Below are positions 51,820 to 64,000 of a stretch of 64,000 bases of DNA, in pieces; the stretch's first letter is position 1; each line of letters begins with the position of its first letter. The stretch is taken from NCBI GenBank assembly GCA_951406725.2, contig OX597818.1, positions 70,246,001 through 70,310,000 of the forward strand. Reading direction: 5' to 3'. The position numbers and the translations under genes are program-made. The notes beneath the pieces were generated by a model that was not told the DNA's origin, searched no databases, and was given only the letters and a program-made list of their open reading frames with translations. The DNA is from Octopus vulgaris. Taxonomy: Eukaryota.

Positions 51820-52328
51820 GAGAAGGAACATTAACAAAACACTTCATTGATCTGCTATCAGGTGAAATAGTCTTTGGTGAGAAACTTGAACGATTGTAAA
51901 AATAGTCAACTTTAGCAATTATATAGGTACATATATGTGTGTGTGTGTGCATGTGTGCATATATATACAACTATATTGTGTGCACGTACATACATATATA
52001 TATATATGTATATGTGTGTACACTTTTTGACACTCTTCTCACATTTTCTCCACTTGCATTAATTTCTCATACATTTTCTATTTTCTCTCTCTCTCTTCCT
52101 CTTTCTCTCCCTCTTTCTCTCCCTCTTTCTCTCTCTTTCTCTCTCTCTCTCTCTCTACATTATGATAGCCTTACTTTCTTTTCCCTCTCTTCCATCTTTC
52201 ACCCACTCTTTCCTCTTCGATTGTTGCCTTCCTTTCCTCAGGTTATCCTTTCCTTTTAATGATAAGATAGATGAAGAGAGAGAGAGAGAGATATGCACAA
52301 ATATACACACACGCACGCACACACTGGT

Positions 52329-52366
<38 letters not shown>

Positions 52367-52687
52367 AGAGAAGGGGAGACAGATAGATGTTGTTAGTTAA
52401 GAAAAGCTATTAAAATTACATCGTTGGAACATTCTGGAACTTTTCGCCCAATATTCAGCTCGATGGCTGAACTACATCAGTTTGTTTCATTGTTAATGTT
52501 CACAGATGTCTGGGTGGTTTCATATTTTAGTGCAAGTATCGAGGCATTTTGGATATCGTTCAATTTGGAATACATCAACAAATTCATATGAATATATCTC
52601 AAGTATTGTGTCATCACGTTACATGTCTTCTACACTCACTCATAAAGATTCAATGAAGGTGACTCAACACGATTGCTTCAGTGGCTG

Positions 52688-52900
52688 TGAAGGCACGTGA
52701 CTTTGTGGTTAGGAGATTCAGCTCACAATCATAAGGTCATGAGTTCGATTTCCAGTGAGGTATTGTGTCCTTGAGCAAGACACATTGCTCCATTCCACTC
52801 TGCTGGCAAAAATGGGTAGCACCTGTTATTCAAAGGGGACCAGCCTTGCCTCATTCTGTATCATGCTGACTCTCCCTGAGGACTACATTGAGGGTAATGT
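52688..52900 (+). mobile_element. SINE family B
   Basis: ggcacgtgactttgtggttagg, gagttcgatttc, ttgtgtccttgagcaagacac. Confidence 0.7.
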
Positions 52901-53130
52901 AATCTTAGATATTAATAAAAAAGATGGGATGGTTATGTTGGAATTGCCTTTCATCATCGACTTCTTCTCTCATGGCTTACATGATGATGATGATGGTGTT
53001 GGTGATGATCATTGTGGTTTTAACATCTACTTTACCATTCTTGTCAGGTAGGGCAGAGCAAGATGCTTTTCTTCTCACAAATCTCCTCTTCGTTCCAAAA
53101 CAATAATCTACCAGTCTATTGAACAGCAGT

Positions 53131-53362
53131 GGAGGTACGTGGCCTAGGGTCAGGGTGTTGGACTCATGACCATAACATTGTGATTTAAGTCCCTGGACTT
53201 AGTGAGGCAAAACCCTTCATTTCACACAGCTGCTCCAACTCCCTCAGCTGGTGAAACTAAGTGAACCCTGTGATGGACTAGCATCCTGTCCTGGGTGGGG
53301 AAGAATATAGGCATCACAGAATCTGGGAAACTGGCCTTATGAGTCTACGGCTTAAGAAGGAC
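53131..53362 (+). mobile_element. SINE family B variant
   Basis: ggaggtacgtggcctagggtcagggtgttggactcatga..ccctgtgatggactagcatcctgtcc. Confidence 0.6.
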
Positions 53363-53482
53363 CATTGGCGCGTCCCTTTTTTTTTCTTCTTGTAATTGAA
53401 CTACAAATGACCTGGATATGTTTAGGTGGAGAACTGGGAACAAGTTTTTTGTTTACAAAGACCAAACAAACAAGTGTACACA

Positions 53483-53513
<31 letters not shown>

Positions 53514-53559
53514 CAGGTGCACGTGTATATGTGTGCATGGTGTGGGGGGGACAACAGAC

Positions 53560-53711
53560 TTATTTTAGTTTTTGTCCGCTAAAACCACTCACAAAGCTTT
53601 GGTCAGCCTGGGGCTACATTAAAAGCCACTCATCCCCTGATTCTATGCTGTGGGACTGCACAGAAAGCCATATAGTGGGGAGGCAAACTTCTTAGCTCCC
53701 ACAGCCATGCA
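53560..53711 (-). mobile_element. SINE family C
   Basis: Reverse complement gcatggctgtggg..aagaagtttgcctcc..gtcccacagc..gaccaaagctttgtgagtgg. Confidence 0.6.
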
Positions 53712-54962
53712 ATCTCTCTCTCTCTCTCTCACACCCACAAAATGTCTTCTTTAGATTCAGATTCCATTGACCAATTTCACTGCCAAAGTTTTGGTCAATT
53801 CACACCTTTGTTATAGAACAGTTGCTCACGCTTCATCCAAGTTTGGTAAGCAGGAGGAAACTCTTCCATGAACTTCACAAGTTTTACTATTTTCACCAAA
53901 CAAAGCAATTTTTGAGAATCATCGGCTGAGAGACACCCTCTGCCTGAAAAACAGTAGTTAAGTTTGTGTTAAGACATTTAACAGAGTAGAGGGTGCAGTA
54001 AAAAGTGTAACTTGGAATCAATGTGTTGAGTAGTGCTAGACATGCAAGATAAGCTGCACTGATTGATCAGTTTGTATTTGTGGTATTGGTCAATTGAAGC
54101 CGAAGCCAACGACAGCCCCTCGTACCCACCCACCCACCCTTCTCTGCCATATTTTCAATCAATTTCATCAATGTTAATTTCTGTTCAAACTCTTTGAAAG
54201 AAAATATTTCTGCTTCCACTTCATGGCTACTACGACTATTTGTGTCTATAATGTGTCAATGGAGAAAGTATTGGTAATATTCCTGGTCATTGTTGATGGC
54301 TACAGAAGAGAATCCCATCAGAATAGGATGTGATAAATATTTATTTCCTGTTAACATTAAATCAAGCTGCATAATAGTTGAAACTGCTCACATAGTTGAT
54401 CAATTTTGACTTATTCTAGCTTGAGATTACATTGTCTTCTTGCTAATGACAGAACCGTTTAACACTTGAAGCAAATTATTCAATTACTTTTACATACTTC
54501 ATTAGATATTTTGATTCTCACAATCATTTCATTTGGAGAAGGACATTAAAATAAATTTCGAATTTTAATAAAAGAAAGCCATTCATTTTGTTCATTTGCT
54601 TTCTTTGTTTTTTTTAATATTTCTTTTGTTTTAATTTGTTAACATTGTGTCAGTGGCCTCATGTAACTCTATGGAACAAATATTTAATTTTTATAGGCTG
54701 TTTTATTAACCCTTTTGTCTTGTCATTACATGGCACAAAAGAGAACAAATAAATGCATATTTCTCCATCTCTATTCGTCTGTCAAGTTGTTAAAAGACAA
54801 ATTACAGAACAACCATAAAAGCAACACAAATCTCAACATAGGTTGCAAGTTGCTGCTAATGGTTTGGCAAAATTGTTAGAACAACAGCTTTGCTAATCCT
54901 CCTAAGATCAATTCCTGAAGTGTACGCACACAATATACATATACGTGTGTGGTGTATGATGA

Positions 54963-55222
54963 TGCGTGGCCTAGTGGTTAGGTTGTTGCACTCATGGTCA
55001 CTAGCTCATGGGTTCAATTCCCAGACTTGGCAGGGCATTGTGTTCTTGAGCAAAACACTTCATTTCCCATTGTTCCAACCCCTCTTTCAATCAGTGAATG
55101 ATGTTGGCCTTCTCACCTATCTAGCTGAGTGGCATCATTTGAGGGCTAAAATGATGTAAAGTGCATTGTGACCAGTGGTGTATGACAACATCAAATAGTC
55201 TGGTCAATCACAAGACCACATG
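54963..55222 (+). mobile_element. SINE family B
   Basis: gcgtggcctagtggttagg (A box), gggttcaattccc (B box), ttgtgttcttgagcaaaacact. Confidence 0.7.
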
Positions 55223-55466
55223 ATATATATATATATGTATATATATGTGTGTGTGTGTATTATTCTTAAGCAAGAATATTATCAATAGTGACTTCGAGGG
55301 TTTAACCTGTTAAGCCATTGTCAATGATGGGTTAAAGTCACTGTCAATAATTTTCTTGCTTAATTATAAATTTGTACTCAATACAAAAGTATAGAGTAAC
55401 CCATCAGAAATGTGAAATTTGTTTCATTATAACTGAACATAAAACAAACACTAATGTATATAAATG

Positions 55467-55523
<57 letters not shown>

Positions 55524-55524
<1 letters not shown>

Positions 55525-55906
55525 AGGAAGCACTCCGTCGGTTACGACGACGAGGGTTCCGGTTGATCCAAATCAACGGAACAGCCTGCTCGTGAAATTA
55601 ACGTGTAAGTGGCTGAGCACTCCACAGACACATGTACCCTTAACGTAGTTCTCGGGGATATTCAGCATGACACAGAGAGTGACAAGGCCGGCCCCTTGAA
55701 ATACAGGTACAACAGAAACAGGAAGTAAGAGTGAGAGAAAGTTGTGGTGAAAGAGTACAGCAGGGATCACCACCATCCCCTGCCGGAGCCTCGTGGAGCT
55801 TAGGTGTTTTCGCTCAATAAACACTCACAACGCCCGGTCTGGGAATTGAAACAGCGATCCTATGACCGCGAGTCCACTGCCCTAACCACTGGGCCATTGC
55901 ACCTCC
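55524..55906 (-). mobile_element. Young tRNA-derived SINE (CpG-rich), inserted in (TA/GT)n
   Basis: Reverse complement ggaggtgcaatggcccagtggttaggg..gtttcaattccc..; CpGs well preserved. Confidence 0.8.
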
Positions 55907-55924
55907 GTGTGTATATATATATAT

Positions 55925-56768
55925 AATGAAAGGTAGACTGTATGGTGCATGTCTACAAGCAGCCATACTACATGGCAGTGAATCATGGGCTGTGACTGCT
56001 GAAGACATGCGTAGGCTTGAAAGAAATGAAGCTAGTATGTCCCACTGGATGTGTAATGTCAGTGTGTATACAACTGCCTACAAACACAGCCAAGCTGAAA
56101 TAATTAATGAATTCTTCGAGGAGTGAATAAAAAATTCTCAAACTTGAGGGGATCGGCCCCTCAGATACTAACATAGGCCCCCATATATGGATTCTAATGG
56201 CACAGGGGCCCACTTGCCATTGGGCAAGCTGGCAACCTGGCCAGTCTGCCAGCAGTGGCAGGAACCTGTGGAAGAGGTAGACCCATGAAGACATGGGATG
56301 AGGTAGTGAAGCATGACTTTTGAATATTGGACCTCACAGAGGCAATGGCAAGTGACCTTTGGAGATATACTGTAGCCATGGGCTCTGCCAGTGTTGCATA
56401 ATTGGCCTGTTTAAAAGCACCCTTCAAACGTCGGGCAATATGCTGTGCTTGAGAAGACCTGTTGAATCAAGTGAAATTATAGTCATGGCCGATGCCAGTG
56501 CCATCTGACTGGCTCATGTGCCAGTGGCATGTAAAAAGCACCATTCAAGCATGGTTGATGCCATCACCACCTGACTGGCCCCTTACCCAGTTGCACATAA
56601 AAAGCACCCACTACACCCTTGGAGTGGTTAGAGTTAGAAAGAGCATCCACTGTAGAATCCTTGCCAGATCTGATAGGAGCCTGGTGCAGCCTTCTAGCTT
56701 GCCAGTCCTCAGTCAAACTGTCCAACCCATGCCAGCGGGGAAAGTGGGTGTTAAAGATGAAGATGATA
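55925..56768 (+). mobile_element. Third RTE-X-like copy, internally interrupted
   Basis: MKGRLYGACLQAAILHGSESWAVT; ~56075-56255 replaced by unrelated sequence; resumes GTCGRGRPMKTWDEVV; UTR and GAT tail follow. Confidence 0.8.
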
Positions 56769-56997
56769 TAAGTTTCATAAAATTTCTTTAAATTTTATTT
56801 TCTTATATTATTCCCAAAAAAGACGAAATTATCAGAAAGGGAGAAATTTCTTTTGAAGTAGACATGATTTTGAGTTTTGAAGCATTTATGCTTTGGTATC
56901 AATCAGTATTGTAATTTCAAGAATTCTTTAAATTATAACAGCGAAAGATATTCTTTGAGACCATGCTTGTGTGTTTCACTCATGTAAACAAGCTCTT

Positions 56998-57033
<36 letters not shown>

Positions 57034-57052
57034 CATGTGCATGCTTGTGTAA

Positions 57053-57215
57053 GTGGAGACATAACTGTGAGGCAAAAATGCTTGCTTTGCAATTACATAG
57101 TTTCAAATTCGGTTCCACTGCGGTGCACCTTGGACAAGTGTCTTCAGCTTTAGCCCTGGATGTTTCAAAGCCATGTGCATAGATTTAATAGACAAAAACT
57201 GAAAGCAGCTTGTCA
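57053..57215 (+). mobile_element. SINE family C
   Basis: ttccactgcggtgcaccttggacaagtgtcttc..aaactgaaagcagc. Confidence 0.6.
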
Positions 57216-57374
57216 TATATATATATGTATATGTATGTATATATGTTTATGTATGAATATATATATATATATATGTGTATGTATATATATATATGTATAT
57301 ATATATATGTATGTATATATATATGTATATATATATGTATGTATGTATATATATATATGAATGTATGTATATAA

Positions 57375-57406
<32 letters not shown>

Positions 57407-57409
57407 ATA

Positions 57410-57525
57410 GGGAGAGTTTACAAAAAGAACAAAAGACGAAGACAGGTGGTGTACAAAACAAACAGATGTATTAATATAACGCTCAGGAATAGAAAAAGTC
57501 TTTTACGTTTCGAGCCTACGCTCGC
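57410..57525 (-). mobile_element. Cassette set in (TA)n, homologous to 5765-5886; hammerhead-like 3' half
   Basis: Reverse complement gagcgtaggctcgaaacgtaaaagactttttctattcctgagcg..ccacctgtcttcgtcttttgtt. Confidence 0.7.
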
Positions 57526-57567
<42 letters not shown>

Positions 57568-57710
57568 ATTTACAAGATAAGGGCAGAAGAAAAATTCTAA
57601 TGCCAAATGTGCCGAAACAAAAAATTGTCGATAACCATTATAATTTATGCGTTTGATATGCTGGCCATAGATAAAATTTTTTTCCCGAAAAAAATTTTAT
57701 CCTATATTAA

Positions 57711-57761
57711 TTATATATATATATGTATATATATATATGTGTGTGTGTGTATATATATATA

Positions 57762-57799
<38 letters not shown>

Positions 57800-58006
57800 C
57801 ACATATATATGTATATACATATACATGTATATATATATGTATATATGTATATGTATATGTATATATATATGTATATATATATGTATATGTATATATGTAT
57901 ATATATATATGCATATGTATATATGTATATATATGTATATATATATGTATATGTATATATATATATGTATATATATATGTATATATGTGTGTATATGTAT
58001 ATATAT
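57711..58006. repeat. (TA)n/(TG)n compound microsatellite
   Basis: Directly visible. Confidence 0.95.
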
Positions 58007-58968
58007 ACTTTGATACTTTGATAGGTTTCGGCCATTATTGGCCCAGGCCATGTCTAACTTAATAGCACCACCTGGTGAAGTCTTTCAAGTCAGAATTTGG
58101 GCACTATGGCCCACTCAAGTAGAGAGTTATTGTTTACAGAGACATACCCGGGTGTAGGGGGTTTATCCGGGATTTCTTGAAGGAATCTGTCCAAAGACTT
58201 CTTGAACCCTATAGGGTCTGTTTCTGTTTTAATGTGTTTTGGTGTAATGTTAAAGAGAGCGGGGCCAATTGAGGTGAAATAATTGTGCCGTATTGTTGTT
58301 ATGAGATGAGAGTGCGATTTTTGTTTTGGGCGGATGGCACGGGGCCCAAGCCTTGGATGTACCTTAAAGGTGATGCCAACATCATTTGAGCAATGCTGAT
58401 GGAATATTTTCCACATCATGCAGATGATGTAGCGCTCACGACGTTGGAGAGAATAAAGCTTTAGCTTTTCTAGTCGACCCCAATAGTCGAGGCCTGTCAT
58501 GCCATCTATCTTTTTTGTGATTGCTCTTTGAGGTGCTTCAACTTTTATGATACTTTGTTTTGTGTGGGGAGACCACAGTGGACAACAGTATTCAAGGTGG
58601 GGTCGGGCAAAAGTGGAGAAGAGAAGGATAATGGTGTGGATATCTCTCGACTGGAAAGTTCTGAGAATCCAGGAACACATTCTGCGGGCCATGTCAACTT
58701 TGGTGTTTATATGAGTGGCCCAACTTATGTTGTTGTCCACAATTACTCCCAAGTCTCTGATGTTGTTGGATGCCACGAGAGTTTCACCTGAAGGAAGGGA
58801 GTATGGGAGTTTCAGGGCATCCTCTTTTCCAAAGTGGATTAACTCAAATTTATCCTCGTTCAGCAGCATATTGTTTTTTTCTGCCCATTGGATAACAGCC
58901 AGTAGATCTGACTGAAGGCATGTCCGGTCACTCACCTCATTTATGACCTTCTGTAGCTTGGAATCATC
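58007..58968 (-). mobile_element. Young 5'-truncated CR1-group LINE; uninterrupted RT C-terminal frame
   Basis: Frame open from DDSKL (YADD truncated) through LQSDL..W..NNMLLNEDK, RDLGVIVD, RPHLEYCCPLWSP, LYSLQRRE to the stop at 58090. Short 3' UTR and (ATCAAAGT)2 tail; (TA)n on both sides. Confidence 0.92.
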
Positions 58969-58994
58969 ATATATATATATGTATATATGTATAT

Positions 58995-59225
58995 ATCATC
59001 ATCGTTTAACATCCGCTTTCCATGCCAGCATGGGTTGGATGATTTGACTGAGGGCTGGCAAACCAGATGGCTGCACCAGGCTCCAATCTGATCTGGCAGA
59101 GTTTTTACAGCTGGATGCCCTTCCTAACACCAACCACTCCGAGAGTGTAGTGGGTGCTTTTAAAGTGCCACCAGCACGAGGGCCAGTCTGGCAGTACTGG
59201 CAACAGCCATGCTCGAAAATGGTGT
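58995..59225 (-). mobile_element. RTE-X-like 3' UTR fragment
   Basis: Reverse complement of the tail ..ggagtggttggtgttaggaagggcatccagctgt..ggatgttaaacgatgatgat. Confidence 0.8.
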
Positions 59226-59438
59226 TTTATTATATATATATATATATATATATATTAATCAATATAGGGTGGCAAAAAAATTTTGTAGAATTCTTTTGCC
59301 ACCAGCGGCCTAATAGGAAAAATTAAATAGTCATAACCATTTTAGAATCAATCAGACAAATGGCTCACCCAACAAAATATTAATACCGTAAACAGGAGTG
59401 GTTTTCAATTCCTATTGTATGACTTGAAAATGGTGTTT

Positions 59439-59486
<48 letters not shown>

Positions 59487-59736
59487 GCCATTTGTTGCTT
59501 GGATAAACTGGGAGATTATACCTTTCTTGGAAACAAGAGGGGACATCAGGGGTGGAGTTGTAGGAAAGGCATCCAACTATAGAAAAACTCTACTCTAAAC
59601 TATTCTCATCTGATCCATGCAAACATGGAAAAATGGGAATTAAACTGATGCTACGGGCATAAAGGGAAATTAGAGGTTATAGGGGTCAGTTAATGATGAA
59701 ATTCAATCTTCTTTTATTATTCTATTCATGTCTTTG

Positions 59737-60055
59737 ATCATCATCATCATTTAACGTCCGCTTTCCATGCTAGCATGGGTTGGATGGTTCGACCGGGATC
59801 TGGGAAGCCAGAAGGCTGCACCAGGCTCCAGTCTGATCTGGCAGTGTTTCTACAGCTGGATGCCCTTCCTAACACCAACCACTCCGTGAGTGTTGTGGGT
59901 GCTTTTTACATGCCAGTGGCACAGGTGCCAAGCGAGGCTGGCAATGGCCACAATCGGATTGGTGCTTTTTACGTGCCACTGGCACGGAAGCCAGTCAAGG
60001 CAGCACTGGCATCAGCCACGTTCGAATGGTGCTTTTTACGTGCCACCAGCACTCC
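59737..60055 (-). mobile_element. RTE-X-like 3' UTR fragment with internal tandem units
   Basis: Reverse complement matches ~24400-24660, including repeated ggcacgtaaaaagcacc. Confidence 0.8.
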
Positions 60056-63000
60056 CAGTACATGACTGGTACTTTGTCTACCCTCAAATGATGAAAGGCA
60101 AAGCTGACTTTAGATAGATTTGAACTGAGAATGAAAATCTACAGCAAGGAGTTAAAAGATAAATGCAGGGCTAGCCAAGAACTTGTTGCCCCTGTAAAGA
60201 CTTTGCCACATTGGAGCTAATGGTTTTTCTCTTTATATCACGGTTTGAATCGTACATTTTTTGGTTGATTACAATTTTCCAATGAACCAATAAGTGGTTT
60301 GCTCCATTCATGATTGAGAAAATTACAAAGGAATGTCTGTGAAACTTGTGCGGAACAAACACTACACAAGGGATTTCCATTTGAAAGCACCAGTTTATTT
60401 GGTTTATCACCAATACTTCCATCTTTTACAAGTATTCATTATCAAAACATATACACACACACACACACACATGTATATGGCAGGCATCAACATGGTTTCT
60501 CTCTACTAAATTCCACTCACAGGCATTAATCAACCAAAGTTATGATAGAAAACATTTGCACAAATTACCATACTGTAGAATTGAACCCAGAAGCACTCGG
60601 TTGCAAATCAAACATTTTAACAACACAGATTATTTGCACTCTTGTTAAAATCAATTCAATTATGTTACAGTTAAACTAAGTTAAACCCTTCTAAAAGCTA
60701 TTAAGGAATTTTTTTTCCTTTCTCCAATAAACAAGAATGCCGAAAACCATGACAATGTTAAAAATAAATAAATTTGTTCAGCCTTTCCTAAGCCTTAATG
60801 GTGAAATGAAAAATTTTTTAAAGCTACAAGAGTGAATAAATTTATTTCAGCATTGTGAAGTTCTTTCATCACTCCTTTTTTTATTGTTTACTTATAGGTC
60901 AATAAGAAAGCTTAAAGTAAACTACAGAATCTTTTTTTTTTTTTTTGGTTTTTGTTTTTGCTTTTATTGTGATTTGTTTTCCTTCAAATTCCTAATAATG
61001 GACTTTGGTCTGTAAAACACCAATTTATCATCATCATTTGTCTTGAAAATCTAAACGTCTTCAAAGTTTGTGTATGCATGGAAGTGTGATTCCATAACCA
61101 AATTCACAGTTGACTAAATGTGAAATAACAACTCGGGTATAAATTCCAAGCTTGGCATTAATTGTCCACACTGTGTCTCATTCTTACAGCGTTTTATCTC
61201 TTCTTCTGCCATTTCATGTTAATGGGGCAAAGAAAATTCTCACCAGCACCACGGTCTTTATTGTTTTCTTTTCTAGACAATGGCATTTTCTCTTTAGTTC
61301 CTATATTTTATTATTGTCTTCATTATAATGTATGTTCCAGAAGGAGGCTTTCATTTCGGATAACGGGAATCTCTTTTATAGTGCCACTGTTTCTAAGGCA
61401 TTTATTTTCCTTTTCTTTTTGTATATCATGCCTCAGTGTTCTTTTAGAAAACTAAGAATGTGTGTTTATTTAACCCCAATTGATTAAAGTGTTCCACCCA
61501 TGGCCATCTGACCTTTTCTTACAGACATGCTATGTTCAGTGAACTGGCAGAGTTGTTAGTGCTGGATATAATGCCTTACGGTATCTATTCCAATTCTCCA
61601 TGATTTGAGTTCAAACTCTACCAAGGTCAAGCTTGTCTTTTATCGCTTCAGAGTCCATAAAATTGTATCAATAAAAGATACTAAACTGTTTGAGGACTGG
61701 ATTGATGCCTTGTGCTTTGAATTCAATGCCTAGGGCACCACTGGTTCAAAGCTTTACGAATTCTAAAATGGTAGCATTTCTTTTGCACAACAAACATCTC
61801 GAAAAGGAAGATTTGCATGAAAAATGGCTAATCTTCCTCAAAATCCTTTTCCATACCTAAATACAGGAATGTAGAAAAATGGTTGACCCAAACCAATGAA
61901 GATACTCCCGACCCCACCTAGAATATCCAAGACTACATTATCCACTGTATAGCCTTTCTTTTCATGGATAGCAGAGGGTGATGTAGAAGAATTGGTGCTG
62001 CTATTTCTAACAGATTGAGCAATTTTATAGAGTCTTCGTTTGCTTTCTTGGAATATTTATCTTTGTGTTTGTATGAGAGTGAGTTTGTGCATCAGATTTG
62101 AAAATCTCTTTCCTTTTGGTCTTGAAACATTATTTTCTTTTTCTTCTTTCAATAAAAATTGAAAATATTTAAACTCATCGAATTCAGTGTATAAATTCTT
62201 GTTGGCATCAACAATGTCTGGTTTCCATGGATTCTGTATTTTTAGAAGTTGAGTATTCCTTACTGTCTGCTAAATATGCTTCAGTGTCTGCTAAAAATGG
62301 TCCTCTGTGTTTATCTCTCAATAGATTTATGAAGAAAAAAATATCTAAGTCTCCAGATGAAGGTTTGCAGTTATTGCACTCAATCTTTTAAACAAGAGAA
62401 TTGACTGCAGGCATGCTTCTCTTAATCTTTAGGCAGCTATATTGTCATCTAGATGGCAAAATGGCAGCTCTTGGAAGACATCATAGCTCCTCACATATCC
62501 AACATCTCATAATAGTTTTTAGTGATGGACAAAGAAAAACCATTACTGATTCATATTTTTAAACTAGCAATGCTTATGTGTAATTTTAGGGGCACTAACA
62601 CCTGCATAACATCTCACAGACCCTCGGCACTTAACAAGCATCGTCTAAAGACAAGCTGAGGTGAAACATCAGGTGTCATTAAAGGTAACATTTTCAGATA
62701 TGTGGAATATTATGGATCTAAACTGATGCTGAAGATTCCCATTCCCTGCACAATAAGGGTAACTTAGAGACACACTCTTAAAAGGGTTAAGTGCCTCGGG
62801 TTTAGTCACTTCAGAAGTGTGCCAGGCATTAACCCAGAATTCTTAGTCCCCTTACAGTTTGTGTGCATGTGTGTGTATGCATGTGTGTGTATGCATGCAT
62901 GTGTGTGTATGCATGTGTGTGTGTGTACAGATGAGAGAAAATAGTATTTGATGCATACTGTACATTTTATTCTACAATCAACTTATAAAGAATGTAAAAG

Positions 63001-63082
63001 AAATTAAAGACATGGCGGTTTTATGGCATGAAACCTCAGCAACGAATGGATGAAGATGTATATAGAAATAGAAATATATAAT

Positions 63083-63122
<40 letters not shown>

Positions 63123-63780
63123 GATGTGTATGTGTGTGTAATGATACATCTCTCGATAAATTCTTGCTGAGATAGTGACATTAGCTGAACAGATTGAATA
63201 TTCCATTTATGATAATCAGTGAGTTGTTCCCCTCTCTTATCTACAGTCATATAACAATGTGTGTGTGTGTGTGTGTGTGTCAGTGTTCATATATGTGTAT
63301 ATCCTTATCTTCATGTGACTACAAGTGTGTTGCAATATGTGTATATGCTCCTCTGCAATTATATAGCTGTGTGTGTGTGTGTGTGTGTATGAGGCTCTTT
63401 AACTCGAATGCATTGTCTGGTTGCATGTATGTTAATGTTGGTGATTTAGACCTGACACACAATCAGGAACGTCTTTCTAATGTGCCAATAAAATTTGTTA
63501 ATTTATGCAGGTACGTATGTTTGTAATAAACAAGGGTAGCCATGTATGTTTATGCAGATATATTTATGACATTGTAGACATACTTACATGCATGTGTATA
63601 TATATGACATCATAGACATATAGGCACATTTTTATAGAGACATACAAATACATATATGTATATGCAAACACACACATCCACACAGATACATACATTACAC
63701 ACACACATGCATATATATAGTTTTTATATGTATATATACACACATAAATATTACACATACATATATATATGTGTATATAA

Positions 63781-63811
<31 letters not shown>

Positions 63812-64000
63812 AACAAACATATTAGCCTCTACATATGTATGCATACATGTGTGTGTGTGTGTGAGAAGCATAATGATCATTGACTGATAACGCATGAGTA
63901 AAATTTCCTATGAGCAATAATGTAAGTGTTAGAGAATATTTCCATTGCATTTTCATTTCATGAAAATTTTCCAAAGCATTAATCAAAAACTGTTGAACTG

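Noticed and set aside
62050-62275. About 70 open codons on the minus strand (QNPWKPDIVDANKNLY..)
   Set aside because: No convincing start or splice structure and no recognisable domain.

Overview
AT-rich, microsatellite-saturated eukaryotic DNA with no host protein-coding gene that I can support. The SINE, RTE and (TA)n/(ATT)n landscape strongly resembles a coleoid cephalopod (Octopus-like) intergenic or large-intron region; this assignment is inference from repeat motifs. Nearly all interpretable sequence is transposon-derived: a decayed Gypsy (K02A2.6/Mag-like) LTR element, non-LTR remnants of several clades (Tx1/L1, R4/Dong, CRE, CR1, RTE-X-like with a PHD finger, RTE-BovB-like with C2H2 fingers), Penelope-like elements, a Merlin transposase remnant, possible hAT and mariner relics, and many copies of three tRNA-derived SINE families. 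Most notable: (i) several minimal hammerhead-ribozyme-like motifs, mostly in short non-coding cassettes set in (TA)n tracts; (ii) a ~99% identical 469-bp duplication inside an old nested-TE cluster at 10.8-20.6 kb; (iii) a LINE C-terminus carrying three tandem C2H2 fingers; (iv) a young, frame-intact CR1 fragment. All family assignments come from reading motifs by eye, and element boundaries are approximate.
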